A stretch of DNA of 59,876 nucleotides, filler included, from 4 parts of 4 records of this genome joined end to end with filler, not necessarily neighbours in it; one strand, 5' to 3'. Counted from the first letter of the whole stretch, positions 1 through 10,413 are shown. The notes: generated by a model not told the origin, from the letters alone. A program made the numbers and translations.

Positions 1-687
1 GAAGCTTCAAGAATAGCTCTCAAATACATGACTCCTGTAATACTGCTTTCAGATAACTATGTTGCAACTGGGTCTGAACCGTGGTTGCTTCCCGACTACA
101 AGGATTTACCATCCTTAAGTAACAACTTAACAACTAAGTTAAACTCCAAAGATGGTTTTCTACCTTTTCATCGGGATATGACAACTTTTGCTCGACCTTG
201 GGCAACACCAGGTACTCCCGGACTTGAGCATCGTATAGGTGGACTCGAGAAAGAAGAAGGTACTGGTAATGTCTCATACGACAGTGACAATCACCAATAT
301 ATGACGGATATGAGAGCTTGGAAGATTGCAAATATAGCAAATGATATTGAGCCACTTGAACTAAATGGTGACGAAAAGGCTGATACATTAGTTTTAGGCT
401 GGGGGTCAACTTATGGAGGAATAACTCAAGCTGTTAACAGACTTAATGAAAAGGGAGTAAAGGTAGCTAGTGCACATCTCACCTTCATCAATCCGTTCCC
501 AGATAACTTAGGAGAGATTCTTTCAAGTTTTAAAACAGTAATAATTCCAGAATTAAACACTGGTCAATTAATCAAACTGATAAGAGAGAGATTTTTAATT
601 GATGCAAAGGGTATTAATAAAGTTGCTGGAGTTCCATTTACAGCACAAGAGTTAGCAGATAAAATAGAGGAAAAAATTAATGAGTAA
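1..687 (+). CDS. korA: 2-oxoacid:ferredoxin oxidoreductase alpha subunit, 5' partial
   Basis: Frame open from base 1; motifs RPWATPGTPGLEHRIGGLEK, LGWGSTYG and PELNTGQL; precedes the beta subunit. Confidence 0.9.
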   Translation, partial: EASRIALKYMTPVILLSDNYVATGSEPWLLPDYKDLPSLSNNLTTKLNSKDGFLPFHRDMTTFARPWATPGTPGLEHRIGGLEKEEGTGNVSYDSDNHQYMTDMRAWKIANIANDIEPLELNGDEKADTLVLGWGSTYGGITQAVNRLNEKGVKVASAHLTFINPFPDNLGEILSSFKTVIIPELNTGQLIKLIRERFLIDAKGINKVAGVPFTAQELADKIEEKINE

Positions 688-1696
688 AGTGCCTGTAAGT
701 TACAAGAGAACAGATCTTCAAAGCGATCAAGAAGTCAAGTGGTGTCCTGGTTGTGGTGATTATACTATTTTAGCTTCAGTGCAAAGCTTTATGGCTGATA
801 TGGGAATCAGTAAAGAAAAAATTGTTTTTGTTTCTGGTATTGGCTGTGCGGCGAGATTTCCTTATTACATGAATACTTATGGGCTTCATACAATTCATGG
901 TAGAGCGCCAGCTGTAGCAACAGGTGTCACTGTGTCAAACCCTGATCTATCAGTATGGGTGGTCTCTGGTGATGGTGATGCTCTGTCAATAGGGGGAAAC
1001 CACCTCATTCATGCTCTACGAAAAAATGTAAACATTAAGATTTTGATGTTTAATAATCAAATTTATGGACTAACAAAGGGTCAGTACTCCCCTACAAGTG
1101 AAGAGGGTAAAAAGACTAAATCTTCGCCATTCGGCTCTGTTGAGCTTCCATTCAACCCTATGAGCATAGCTCTTGGAGCTGAAGCATCTTTTGTTGCTAG
1201 GTCAGTTGATATGGATAGGGAATTAACAGCTCAAGTGCTGCAAGAAGCATCAACACATAATGGTTCTGCTTTTGTAGAAATATATCAAAATTGTAATGTT
1301 TTCAACGATAAAGCTTTTGAACAATTAACCTCCAAAGAAGGTAGGGTTGCAAATCGAATTAACCTAGTTCATGGAGAAAAAGTAATTTTTGGAGCAGAAG
1401 ATGAGTTTGCAGTAACTATTGAAAATGGAGAAGCCAAAGTTGTAAAAAGAACAGACATCGATGACTCAAAAATATATGTTCACGATATCACAAGAGAAAA
1501 TCCATCTGTAGCTTTTTCTCTATCTAGATTGTCACATGGTCCATATGGACCTACTCCAATGGGAGTTTTCAGGAAAGTTCAACGTGAAACTTACAATGAT
1601 GATGTAATTAACCAAATAAATTTTGCTAAAGACTCTAAAGGTGCCGGAGATGTTGATAAACTTATTAGGTCTTTGGGCACTTGGAACGTAGATTAG
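680..1696 (+). CDS. korB: 2-oxoacid:ferredoxin oxidoreductase beta subunit
   Basis: WCPGCGD, SGIGC, HGRA and TPP motif GDGD...NN; YGLTKGQYSPT. Confidence 0.92.
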   Translation: MSKVPVSYKRTDLQSDQEVKWCPGCGDYTILASVQSFMADMGISKEKIVFVSGIGCAARFPYYMNTYGLHTIHGRAPAVATGVTVSNPDLSVWVVSGDGDALSIGGNHLIHALRKNVNIKILMFNNQIYGLTKGQYSPTSEEGKKTKSSPFGSVELPFNPMSIALGAEASFVARSVDMDRELTAQVLQEASTHNGSAFVEIYQNCNVFNDKAFEQLTSKEGRVANRINLVHGEKVIFGAEDEFAVTIENGEAKVVKRTDIDDSKIYVHDITRENPSVAFSLSRLSHGPYGPTPMGVFRKVQRETYNDDVINQINFAKDSKGAGDVDKLIRSLGTWNVD

Positions 1697-1700
1697 TCTT

Positions 1701-2333
1701 TTATTCGTCTAAATAATCAATCTGATCTGTAGGCATAATTAATGCTGTGCTGGCATTAATTATATGAGATACGATTCTCTTTAAATATCTAAAAAATAAT
1801 GTAGAGGCAACTGGAAATTGTATTTCATCTTTATTTTCTAAAAGATTAGTAATTCTATTGTCTAAATCAGATGATATAGATGATCCTAGAGTAATTAAAT
1901 CCTGAACTTTTGATTCATCATCCAGGGCCAAGCAGGACTGAAGATACACAATTAATTTTCCAATATCATTTCTTAGCTCAATATAGGAGTCCAGATCATC
2001 ACCTTTTACAAAAGTATTTCCTGTTTCAGCAATTTCAAAAAGGTTCTTGCAGTAATCCCCGATTCTCTCTATATCTTTTGACATAGTCATATAAGAAAGA
2101 AGAAGAGGTATATCAAGATTTCTTGAATTTACAGCAGAATGAACAATCATCTCTCTTCTTACTTCGCGGTGTAACTCATTAATAGCTTTATCGGTACTGT
2201 ATAAATCATCTCTCACTGAATCTAGGTTGGTATCACCAAGTAGGCAGTTCATAGCTGTGTCAAAAATGTGCATGCTATTAGTGAGCATTTCACTTAGTTT
2301 TGCATCTATATTGTCTAATGATTCTTTACTCAT
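1701..2333 (-). CDS. PhoU-domain protein coupled to the Na/Pi cotransporter
   Basis: PhoU-repeat motifs DKAINELH, KDIERIGDY and LKRIVSH; directly downstream of the cotransporter. Confidence 0.8.
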   Translation of the reverse strand: MSKESLDNIDAKLSEMLTNSMHIFDTAMNCLLGDTNLDSVRDDLYSTDKAINELHREVRREMIVHSAVNSRNLDIPLLLSYMTMSKDIERIGDYCKNLFEIAETGNTFVKGDDLDSYIELRNDIGKLIVYLQSCLALDDESKVQDLITLGSSISSDLDNRITNLLENKDEIQFPVASTLFFRYLKRIVSHIINASTALIMPTDQIDYLDE

Positions 2334-2341
2334 TTTTCTCC

Positions 2342-3478
2342 TTAATTAAATATTACTACGCCCAGTAGTGGAAGTAATAAAAATGTAACCAATACATAAA
2401 GTATTGCAATATACCTTCTTTTAGCAGTTATAACACTGAGTCTTTTTGCCAAATTAATTGGAAAATTCCTTACGGCTTTTACTGGATAAACAATAATGAC
2501 ACCAATTAAGTTAAAAAATACATGATGGAGTGCAATAGTTAATCCTGCTGGATCGTCAACAGCAAAGCTAGCTAAAACAGCTGTAATTGTTGTGCCAATA
2601 TTTGCACCAAGGGTTATTGGAAAAGCATTTTCAATAGATAGGATTCCTGAACCAACAATTGGCACAAGGATTGATGTGGTGATACTTGAGCTTTGTACTG
2701 AGAAGGTAATTAAGATTCCAATTAATATTGCAAAAAGTCCCCCACCCCTTGCAAGAGCTTTGTCTAATCCAAATTCAATTTGATTGAGCATGAGAGATTT
2801 CATATTAGATACAACATTTCTTAGGCTCAAGAAAATAAATGCTATTGCAATAATAATTAAAAAAACTGCATAGACCCTATAAGAGTTTTCACTTAGATTG
2901 CCTATAAATGGGATAGAAGATAATCCGTCTAATAGATTATTTGAACCCCACTTAATTCCTGCCTTAATTGGACTATTTGGTTTAGTTGCTGTAAAACCTG
3001 TGGCGATAATAAAATCTGTTCCATTTTCAGCCATCTTTGTTATAAACCCTGTATATAAATCAAGGGGGAAAAGTATTATTACCACTAATAAATTAAAAAA
3101 GTCATGCATCGTTGAGGCTGCAAATGCTCTTTTAAATTCCTGTTCTCTTCTTACGTGACCAAAAGAGACTAAGGTATTAGTTACAGTTGTTCCAATATTT
3201 GCTCCCATAACCATCGGTATTGCATATTCCAAGCTGAGGACTCCACTTCCAACTAAACCAACAATTGTTGCAGTAGTAACGGAGGAAGATTGCACTAAAA
3301 CTGTACATAAAATTCCAACCAGTAAACCAGCAAAAGGATTCGATACTGACTCAAAAAGTGCATCTGTGTATTCTGCACCTAAAGTTTTGATTCCTTTTTC
3401 AAGAAGTTTGATTGATACAAGGAAGAAGTAGAGGAAAAATATTGCAAAGCTTAAATTTTTAAAAGATTTTAAATTCAT
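2342..3478 (-). CDS. nptA: Na+/phosphate cotransporter (NptA/SLC34 family)
   Basis: Duplicated signature motifs VQSSS...GANIGTT; hydrophobic. Confidence 0.9.
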   Translation of the reverse strand: MNLKSFKNLSFAIFFLYFFLVSIKLLEKGIKTLGAEYTDALFESVSNPFAGLLVGILCTVLVQSSSVTTATIVGLVGSGVLSLEYAIPMVMGANIGTTVTNTLVSFGHVRREQEFKRAFAASTMHDFFNLLVVIILFPLDLYTGFITKMAENGTDFIIATGFTATKPNSPIKAGIKWGSNNLLDGLSSIPFIGNLSENSYRVYAVFLIIIAIAFIFLSLRNVVSNMKSLMLNQIEFGLDKALARGGGLFAILIGILITFSVQSSSITTSILVPIVGSGILSIENAFPITLGANIGTTITAVLASFAVDDPAGLTIALHHVFFNLIGVIIVYPVKAVRNFPINLAKRLSVITAKRRYIAILYVLVTFLLLPLLGVVIFN

Positions 3479-3523
3479 ATTCCGTACAAATTATATATGA
3501 GTTTAAATTAAATTAAATTTAGA

Positions 3524-3550
3524 TTTACTACTAGTTTACTTAACGTTTAC
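3524..3550. promoter_or_regulatory. Candidate Pho-box: TTTAC x3 at 11-nt period upstream of nptA
   Basis: TTTAC at 3524, 3535 and 3546; the same unit recurs upstream of pstC and pstS. Confidence 0.55.
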
Positions 3551-4243
3551 TTTTGAAAATATTATTGAAAATGTTGAACCAAAACTAAGTTTGCTTTCTA
3601 TTTCAATTCTTGCATTATTTCTATCAATAGCATGCTTGACAATTGCTAAACCTAACCCTGTCCCCCCTAGTTTTCGAGACCTGCCTTTATCTACTCTATA
3701 AAATCTTTCAAATATCTTTTCTTGATCTGCTTTAGATATTCCAGATCCATAATCTTGAAAGGAGCAAATTATCTCAGAAGTACTTTCCTCTGTTTTAATA
3801 AATATATTTTCTTCAGGGGGTGAATATTTAAGAGCATTTTTGATTAAATTTTTAACAGCAATGGAGATATCATCATAATTTGCAAAAATCTCAGCTTTAG
3901 TTTTTTTATATCCCACTCTCTTCTTATTTTGTTTCGAAAGATATGAAATCTCATTTGAAATCACGTCATGTAAATCTATTACTTCCATGTCAATATCTGA
4001 AGTTTCCATTAAAGAAAGGTCTAGCAAATCAGAAATCAATTCGTTCATGCGATCTGAATCCCTAAGAATTTGCTCTAAAAATGATTTTGCCATTCCATCA
4101 TTTAGTTTTAAAGACCTTAGTGCGGATTCAGCAGCTAGTCTCACAGAAGCTACAGGAGTTTTTAATTCATGAGAAGCATTTGCTATAAACTCTTCTTTAA
4201 TCCTTGTAATCTCTAAGAACTCTTCTGTATTATCATTCATCAA
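3536..4243 (-). CDS. Phosphate-regulon histidine kinase (SenX3/PhoR-like), catalytic core only
   Basis: H-box ASHELKTP, N-box NLIKNALKYS, F-box IFERFYRVD, GGTGLGL; no TM or PAS region. Confidence 0.85.
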   Translation of the reverse strand: MMNDNTEEFLEITRIKEEFIANASHELKTPVASVRLAAESALRSLKLNDGMAKSFLEQILRDSDRMNELISDLLDLSLMETSDIDMEVIDLHDVISNEISYLSKQNKKRVGYKKTKAEIFANYDDISIAVKNLIKNALKYSPPEENIFIKTEESTSEIICSFQDYGSGISKADQEKIFERFYRVDKGRSRKLGGTGLGLAIVKHAIDRNNARIEIESKLSFGSTFSIIFSKVNVK

Positions 4244-4946
4244 TAAGTTTGTATCCCATACCTCTAATAGTTGTAAGTCTTTTTGGTTTTTTAGGATTTT
4301 CCTCTATTCTTTCTCTAATTCTTTGTATATGCACATCAAGTGTTTTAGAGTTTCCAACAAAACTATAACCCCAGACTTGATCAAATAATTCCTCTCTTGA
4401 AACTAAGTTACCAGCATTGTCACATAAAAAATAAAGTAATTCAAACTCTCTGGGTCTTAAGTCAATAAGCTCTCCCTTTACTTTTGCTTCGTATCTAAGT
4501 GGACTCATTTCAATATCCCCAACAATTATTTTGTCATTATCTGCAAAGTTAGTTTTTTGGCTTCCATTTGTAGGAGGTGAAAACTGCGATCTTCTCATAA
4601 CAGCCTTAACACGGCTAATTAATTCTTTAACAGAAAAAGGTTTCGTAATATAATCATCCGCACCAATTTCTAAACCTGTAATTTTATCTACTTCATCATC
4701 TCTAGCGGTCACCATTATTATTGGAACGTTTGAAGTTTTTCTTATAGATCTGCATATATCTAAACCAGAAATTTCAGGAAGCATAATATCCAGTATTACT
4801 AAATCAAAATGTTCTTCTTCAAATAGATCTAAGGCAATTGGACCTTCATCAACATGAGTTACCTTCATACCTTCATTTTTAAGATTATAAATTATCCCTT
4901 CGGCAATACTTTTTTCATCTTCTACAAGTAAGATTTTATTTGCCAT
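4233..4946 (-). CDS. OmpR-family response regulator (RegX3/PhoB-like)
   Basis: LLVEDE, LDIMLP, GADDYITKPFS, KTLDVHIQRIR; sits in the pst operon. Confidence 0.88.
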   Translation of the reverse strand: MANKILLVEDEKSIAEGIIYNLKNEGMKVTHVDEGPIALDLFEEEHFDLVILDIMLPEISGLDICRSIRKTSNVPIIMVTARDDEVDKITGLEIGADDYITKPFSVKELISRVKAVMRRSQFSPPTNGSQKTNFADNDKIIVGDIEMSPLRYEAKVKGELIDLRPREFELLYFLCDNAGNLVSREELFDQVWGYSFVGNSKTLDVHIQRIRERIEENPKKPKRLTTIRGMGYKLIDE

Positions 4947-5587
4947 TAGAACTCCTTAAACTCTCCAGTGACTAAAAATGAGGCTAGTTCGCATATATCT
5001 ACAGCGTGATCCCCACCTCTTTCTAAAGTCCTCACACATGTTATTAGTCTAAATAATCCACTGTATAAGTCTTTATTACCAGAAATATTAGGTACTTCAT
5101 TTAGCATTTTATTGTATAGGCTGTTTATAAGTTCATCTTTTCTTGCAGTTGATAGGGCTAGTTCAGCGTCTCTGTTTTTTAAACTTTCTAATGCTGAAGA
5201 AGCCATGTCGATTACCATATCACCCATTTCAATGACAATTTTATGTAAACTTTCTGGAATCGGTAAATCATGTATTTCGTGGGTTGTTTTTCCTAAATAA
5301 ACAGATAAATCGCCAAGTCTTTCCAAGTGTAAGCTTGCTTGCAGAATTGATGTTGAGAGTCTTAAATCTGAAGCTACAGGCTGTTCCGTAGCCATAAGTT
5401 CGAACCAGTCTTGATCGATCTTCATATATGCATCATCTATCTCATCATCTTTATCAATCACTACTGATGCTTTTGCAATATCTTTGTCTTCTAACGCTCT
5501 TACGGCGCTTACCAACGATTCAAGAACTAAAGTTCCCATAATGTGTAAATCAGTTTCTAGATTATTTATTTTCTGTTCTAAGCTCAT
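4946..5587 (-). CDS. phoU: Phosphate signalling protein PhoU
   Basis: [27 protein letters not shown]; downstream of pstB. Confidence 0.92.
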   Translation of the reverse strand: MSLEQKINNLETDLHIMGTLVLESLVSAVRALEDKDIAKASVVIDKDDEIDDAYMKIDQDWFELMATEQPVASDLRLSTSILQASLHLERLGDLSVYLGKTTHEIHDLPIPESLHKIVIEMGDMVIDMASSALESLKNRDAELALSTARKDELINSLYNKMLNEVPNISGNKDLYSGLFRLITCVRTLERGGDHAVDICELASFLVTGEFKEF

Positions 5588-6390
5588 CCAAACCTCCCAC
5601 TTATATATTCTTCTGTTAAGCTTTCAGATGGATTTGTAAACATAGTTTTTGTATCGCTATATTCTACTAATTCACCAGTCCTTCTTCCGTCATCAGTTGC
5701 CTTTGTTGTAAAAAAAGCACAGTAGTTAGATACTCTTGATGCTTGCTGCATGTTATGAGTCACTATAAGTATGGAAAAGTCTTTTACTAATATCTGCATT
5801 AAATCTTCAATTTTTTTAGTTGCAACTGGGTCTAGTGCTGAACATGGTTCATCCATCAAAATTGTGTCTGGTTCGACTGCAATTGTTCTTGCAATACATA
5901 GTCTTTGTTGTTGACCTCCAGAAAGATCGAGTGCATTTTTATCTAGGTCGTTTTTAACTTCACCCCAAAGAGCTGCCTGTGTAAGTGCTTTTTCAACTCT
6001 GTCATCTAAATTGTCGGTCATATTATTAACCTTTAATCCAAAAGTTATATTTTCTCGAATTGATTTTGGAAATGGATTTGGTTTTTGAAAAACCATACCA
6101 ATTCTTCTTCGTACCTGGACTGGATCTACTTCTTTATCGTATAGGTTTATGCCTTGATAATTTATTTCACCGTTTACAGCAGCATTAGGAATCAGATCAT
6201 TCATTCTATTAAATGATCTGATAAGGGTGCTTTTACCACAACCTGATGGGCCTATGAAGGCAGTGATGTTATTTTTAAACATATCCATAGAGACATTCTT
6301 TACTGCCGTAAAATCTCCGTAACTTACCGATACATCTCTAACTGTAAAAACATAATCTAACTCTTTTTTTGTTGTTATCTTAGTTTCCAT
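5584..6390 (-). CDS. pstB: Phosphate ABC transporter ATPase
   Basis: [43 protein letters not shown]. Confidence 0.96.
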   Translation of the reverse strand: METKITTKKELDYVFTVRDVSVSYGDFTAVKNVSMDMFKNNITAFIGPSGCGKSTLIRSFNRMNDLIPNAAVNGEINYQGINLYDKEVDPVQVRRRIGMVFQKPNPFPKSIRENITFGLKVNNMTDNLDDRVEKALTQAALWGEVKNDLDKNALDLSGGQQQRLCIARTIAVEPDTILMDEPCSALDPVATKKIEDLMQILVKDFSILIVTHNMQQASRVSNYCAFFTTKATDDGRRTGELVEYSDTKTMFTNPSESLTEEYISGRFG

Positions 6391-6407
6391 TTATTCCTCC
6401 CTGATTA

Positions 6408-7328
6408 TTACCAATCTTTTTCAAATCTATTTCTAATAATTAAAGCCAAAGCATTCATGCTTAAAAGCAAACCAAGCAATAGTATTATTCCCGCAGATGA
6501 TGTATCTTTCCATTCAGATTGTGGGTACCCTATCCAGTTATAAACTTGGATTGGTATGGCAGTAAATCCACTAAGAGGGGTGTCTGGATAATAATTAACA
6601 TAAGTTAGTGCACCCATAAAAATTAATGGGGCTGTTTCACCAATCGCTCTAGATAAACCAAGGACCATTCCTGTTACCATTCCAGGAATTGCTGAGGGAA
6701 CAACTTGTCTAAATATTGCCTGGAATCTTGTTGACCCCAAAGCTAATGCACCTTGTCTAATTGTGTCAGGAACCGCTTTTAAAGCTTCTCTCGAAGCAAC
6801 AATGACCACAGGAAGAATTAATAAAGTTAAAGTTAAGCCACCAGATAATACTGATCTTCCAAAGCCAGCAAGTCTAACAAAAACTGCTAGACCCATTAAT
6901 CCATAAATTACTGATGGGACTCCTGCTAAATTAGTTAAATTTAACTCAATAAACCTTGTTAATTTATTTCTTGGAGCAAATTCTTGCAGATATATCGCCG
7001 CACCTGCACCGAGTGGGAATGTAGCCACAATTACAATAACCATAAGCCAGATGGTTCCAGCAAACGCTGGTCCTATGCCCGCTTTTAGTGGGTCTCTGGA
7101 ATCTAAACTTGTTAAGAAGTCTTTTGGGTTATCAATTGTTACCTTATTAATTAGTCCTAATTCATAATCACTTAATAAACGAGAGTAACCTGTAGAGATA
7201 ACATCATAGATAAGTGTCATTAAAGTAAATATTGCTACTGTTACACAAAGATACAAAATAGTTAAAAAGGCTAATTCTTTTAACTCTCTCTCTTTTTTTG
7301 AACCCTTTAACAATTGACTATTGTTCAT
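6408..7328 (-). CDS. pstA: Phosphate ABC transporter permease PstA
   Basis: NLAGVPSVIYGL, SRAIGETAPL. Confidence 0.95.
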   Translation of the reverse strand: MNNSQLLKGSKKERELKELAFLTILYLCVTVAIFTLMTLIYDVISTGYSRLLSDYELGLINKVTIDNPKDFLTSLDSRDPLKAGIGPAFAGTIWLMVIVIVATFPLGAGAAIYLQEFAPRNKLTRFIELNLTNLAGVPSVIYGLMGLAVFVRLAGFGRSVLSGGLTLTLLILPVVIVASREALKAVPDTIRQGALALGSTRFQAIFRQVVPSAIPGMVTGMVLGLSRAIGETAPLIFMGALTYVNYYPDTPLSGFTAIPIQVYNWIGYPQSEWKDTSSAGIILLLGLLLSMNALALIIRNRFEKDW

Positions 7329-8238
7329 ATTCTTTCCTGTATTTTCTAGCTAAGTAATCAGAAAAAATATTAAGAATAAAAGTCATAATAAATAAAGTTA
7401 TTCCAAGTGCAAACAACGCATTATAGGCAGTTGTACCGTGGGGGGTATCTCCAAGTGAAACATTAACTATTGAGGATGTAATGGTGTACATAGCCTTTCG
7501 TGGATCAAGGTTAAGCTCCGGATACTGTCCTCCCGCGATTGTTACTATCATCGTTTCTCCAATTGCTCTAGAAAATCCTAAAATAAACGAAGCAATAATT
7601 CCTGACAAAGCTGCAGGGAGCATTATTTTTAGTGCTGTAATTCTCCTTGTGGATCCAAGTGCCAATGAGCCCATTCTTAAAGATTTAGGTACTGCATTAA
7701 GAGCATCATCTGAAATAGAAGCAACTGTCGGAATAATCATGATACCTACAGCTATACCTGCAGATATAGCATTAAAAACTCCTGAGCCAGGTATGAAACG
7801 TTGTACAATATTTGGAGTTATCCAATTTAATGCAAAATAACCAAAGACTACTGTTGGTACTCCTGCAAGAATCTCCATTATTGGTTTTATGATTTTACGC
7901 GTTCTTCTTGAAGCAAATTCAGATAGATATATTGCTGAAAATAAACCAAGTGGAAAAGAAATTATGCAAGCTATTAAAGCAATATATAAAGTAGAGGAAA
8001 CCAAAGGCAGCACACCATATACAGGATTTTTAAAAGTTGGAGTCCATCTTGTAGCAGTAAAATATTCCTTAAAAGTTACAGCAGGATCTCTAAAAAAGTT
8101 AATTGCTTCAGTTAGAAGAGTGAAAACTATAGCTACAGAAATTAGGATTGCTGCGAATGCGGACATTGTAATAAAAAACTTTACTATGGTCTCAACTGGT
8201 TTCGTCTTAACTTTGGATAAATTTAAATTTTTTGTCAT
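7318..8238 (-). CDS. pstC: Phosphate ABC transporter permease PstC
   Basis: EILAGVPTVVFG, SRAIGETMIV. Confidence 0.95.
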   Translation of the reverse strand: MTKNLNLSKVKTKPVETIVKFFITMSAFAAILISVAIVFTLLTEAINFFRDPAVTFKEYFTATRWTPTFKNPVYGVLPLVSSTLYIALIACIISFPLGLFSAIYLSEFASRRTRKIIKPIMEILAGVPTVVFGYFALNWITPNIVQRFIPGSGVFNAISAGIAVGIMIIPTVASISDDALNAVPKSLRMGSLALGSTRRITALKIMLPAALSGIIASFILGFSRAIGETMIVTIAGGQYPELNLDPRKAMYTITSSIVNVSLGDTPHGTTAYNALFALGITLFIMTFILNIFSDYLARKYRKEYEQ

Positions 8239-8267
8239 TTATTACTTTTATTAAATTTAATTTGGAA

Positions 8268-8289
8268 AAGTAAATAGAAAGTAAATAGA
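8268..8289. promoter_or_regulatory. Candidate Pho-box: perfect 11-nt tandem repeat AAGTAAATAGA upstream of pstC
   Basis: GTAAA at 8270 and 8281. Confidence 0.5.
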
Positions 8290-8308
8290 AATTATATTGA
8301 AATTAAAC

Positions 8309-8346
8309 AAAGACGTATCCATGTATCTCTACACAGATACGTCTTT
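8309..8346 (-). terminator. Stem-loop after pstS (terminator or mRNA-stabilising hairpin)
   Basis: AAAGACGTATC (8309-8319) / GATACGTCTTT (8336-8346) inverted repeat. Confidence 0.7.
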
Positions 8347-8352
8347 TGTTTT

Positions 8353-9351
8353 TCAGCTACTAAAGTTCTGCCAAGCAGATAGTGCATTGGCTTTTTGATC
8401 TTCAAGCATAGGTACGTATCCAACTGCAGGAACGATAATATCCATAGCTTCAAAATAGAAGTCAATAAATGCTTTAACTACTTGATCTTCTTTTACAGAC
8501 TCTGAAATATATACATATAACGGTCTTGCTAAAAAGTAATTTCCTTCAAAAGCAGCTTCTGGTGGCTGACAACTATTTCCAGCGTCAACTTGTACTGCGT
8601 TTAATTTTTCTTTATTCTCTTCATAGTAAGCTAGTCCAAAATAACCAAGGCCACCTTGAGAACCAGAAACTCCATTTACTAATACGTTATCATCTTCAGA
8701 AGCTGTGTAATCAGATCGGCTACCTGTTTCTCCAGTTATTTCCTCATTAAAAAAATCAAAAGTTCCTGAATCTGTACCAGGGCCATATAAATCTATTGGC
8801 ACATCAGGGAATGCGCTTCTAACTTCACTCCAGCTACTTACTGAGCTATCAGCAACCCATATTGAATTTAACTCATCTACTGTCAAGCATGTTGCCCAGT
8901 CATTAGAAGATGGTATTACTACTGATAATGCATCTATACCAACTTGCACCTCTAAATAGTTAGTGTTGTTCTCTTCACAAAGTGCTACTTCTTTATCTTT
9001 TATTGCCCTTGATGCATTTGATATCATAGTCTCGCCAGGACAGAATTTCTTAAAACCACCACCTGTTCCAGAAACTCCAACTGAAATTTTCACGTCAGGA
9101 TTTAAGATTGTAAATTCCTCAGCTACAGCTTGAGTAATTGGAAAAACTGTTGAAGAACCATCAATCAATATCTCACCAGTAAGTGTCTCTACTGCTGGCT
9201 CAGAAACTTCATTTGTAGATTCAACAGTTGTTTGGGTAACTAATTCTTCACTATCTGTTGAATCATCAGAACTAGTTTCATTGCTATCTCCGCATGCAAC
9301 TACTAATAAAGATAGAATCAAAAGTAATGAAGTAAATTTTAATTTAGTCAT
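8353..9351 (-). CDS. pstS: Phosphate-binding lipoprotein PstS
   Basis: Lipobox VVAC; IDGSSTVFP, SGTGGGFKKF, GTDSGTFDFF, SEDDNVLV. Confidence 0.95.
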   Translation of the reverse strand: MTKLKFTSLLLILSLLVVACGDSNETSSDDSTDSEELVTQTTVESTNEVSEPAVETLTGEILIDGSSTVFPITQAVAEEFTILNPDVKISVGVSGTGGGFKKFCPGETMISNASRAIKDKEVALCEENNTNYLEVQVGIDALSVVIPSSNDWATCLTVDELNSIWVADSSVSSWSEVRSAFPDVPIDLYGPGTDSGTFDFFNEEITGETGSRSDYTASEDDNVLVNGVSGSQGGLGYFGLAYYEENKEKLNAVQVDAGNSCQPPEAAFEGNYFLARPLYVYISESVKEDQVVKAFIDFYFEAMDIIVPAVGYVPMLEDQKANALSAWQNFSS

Positions 9352-9399
9352 TAAATTGCCTTTCTAATTTTTTTACTTAATTAAAAATATAAAATTAGT

Positions 9400-9428
9400 A
9401 AGTAAAAATGAAGTAAACCAAAGTTAAA
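9400..9428. promoter_or_regulatory. Candidate Pho-box upstream of pstS
   Basis: GTAAA at 9402 and 9413, degenerate TTAAA at 9424 (11-nt period). Confidence 0.5.
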
Positions 9429-9440
9429 AGTGATTCAAAC

Positions 9441-10271
9441 TTAAACAAGTTCAGATTCTGAAGACCAATTTCCTCTATTAAAAGCGAGAATATAGTTTTC
9501 ATATCCTAAAAAGTCCTCTTTAAATTCATCTGGGATATTAAAACCCCACCAGTCATTTTTAAACTGACTTCGATGAGCTTTCATAGAATTAATTTTATGC
9601 TCAACATATTTTCTTCCATCGACTTCAACATCTATATCATCATGCTCACTGCCAATTGGGTTAAATCTATTAAACTCTTCTTCTGAAATAATTCCAGCAT
9701 CAAACATCTGTTGTCTTCTAGATTGCATTCTTGTCTTAGACCATGCACTGTAATACAGGCGCTCTGGAATCCAGACTTCTTGATTTTCTTTAAGTGGGAA
9801 CTTGTCTAAGTCACTAGCCGCAAAATAAGCTGCAGTTCCAATTCTATGTGTCTGAATATGATCTGGATGACCATAACCACCGAAAGGATCGTATGTTATT
9901 AAAGTATCAGGTTTATATTTTCTGATTATGTCGACTAGTTTTCCAACAGGGTCAAAATAGTTCTGCCTCCAGAAACAGTCTGGATCATCATTTTCACTAG
10001 TACCCATCATTCCAGAATCTTTAAACCCCATCCATTCATACTCTTTGACACCAAGTGCTTCAAGGCTTGCCTCTAACTCTTTTCTTCTTATTTCAGCGAG
10101 TTTAGGAAAAAGTTCTTCTGGATTATCGTAGTTATGAATTTCACCAGCAGATCCATCGGTTGCGGTAGCTACAACTACTCTATGACCTTCAGCTGCGTAT
10201 TTTGCTAAAGTAACACCTGTTGATACTGATTCATCGTCTGGATGTGCATGAAAAGCCAGTATGCTTTTCAT
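9441..10271 (-). CDS. PIG-L family deacetylase (MshB/Mca-like, mycothiol metabolism)
   Basis: HAHPDDE, DSGMMG, YDPFGGYGHPDHIQ. Confidence 0.85.
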   Translation of the reverse strand: MKSILAFHAHPDDESVSTGVTLAKYAAEGHRVVVATATDGSAGEIHNYDNPEELFPKLAEIRRKELEASLEALGVKEYEWMGFKDSGMMGTSENDDPDCFWRQNYFDPVGKLVDIIRKYKPDTLITYDPFGGYGHPDHIQTHRIGTAAYFAASDLDKFPLKENQEVWIPERLYYSAWSKTRMQSRRQQMFDAGIISEEEFNRFNPIGSEHDDIDVEVDGRKYVEHKINSMKAHRSQFKNDWWGFNIPDEFKEDFLGYENYILAFNRGNWSSESELV

Positions 10272-10312
10272 TATTAAGTGTCTTGTTCTGTTAAGTCTTC
10301 TACTAATTCTTT

Positions 10313-10412
10313 NNNNNNNNNNNNNNNNNNNNNNNNNNNNNNNNNNNNNNNNNNNNTTAATTAATTAANNNNNNNNNNNNNNNNNNNNNNNNNNNNNNNN
10401 NNNNNNNNNNNN
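10313..10412. other. Artificial contig spacer
   Basis: N-run with TTAATTAATTAA (stops in six frames); gene content and composition change across it. Confidence 0.98.
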
Positions 10413-10413
10413 A

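Noticed and set aside
10357-10368. TTAATTAATTAA palindrome repeated three times in the window
   Set aside because: Six-frame stop linker embedded in N-runs; not biological.
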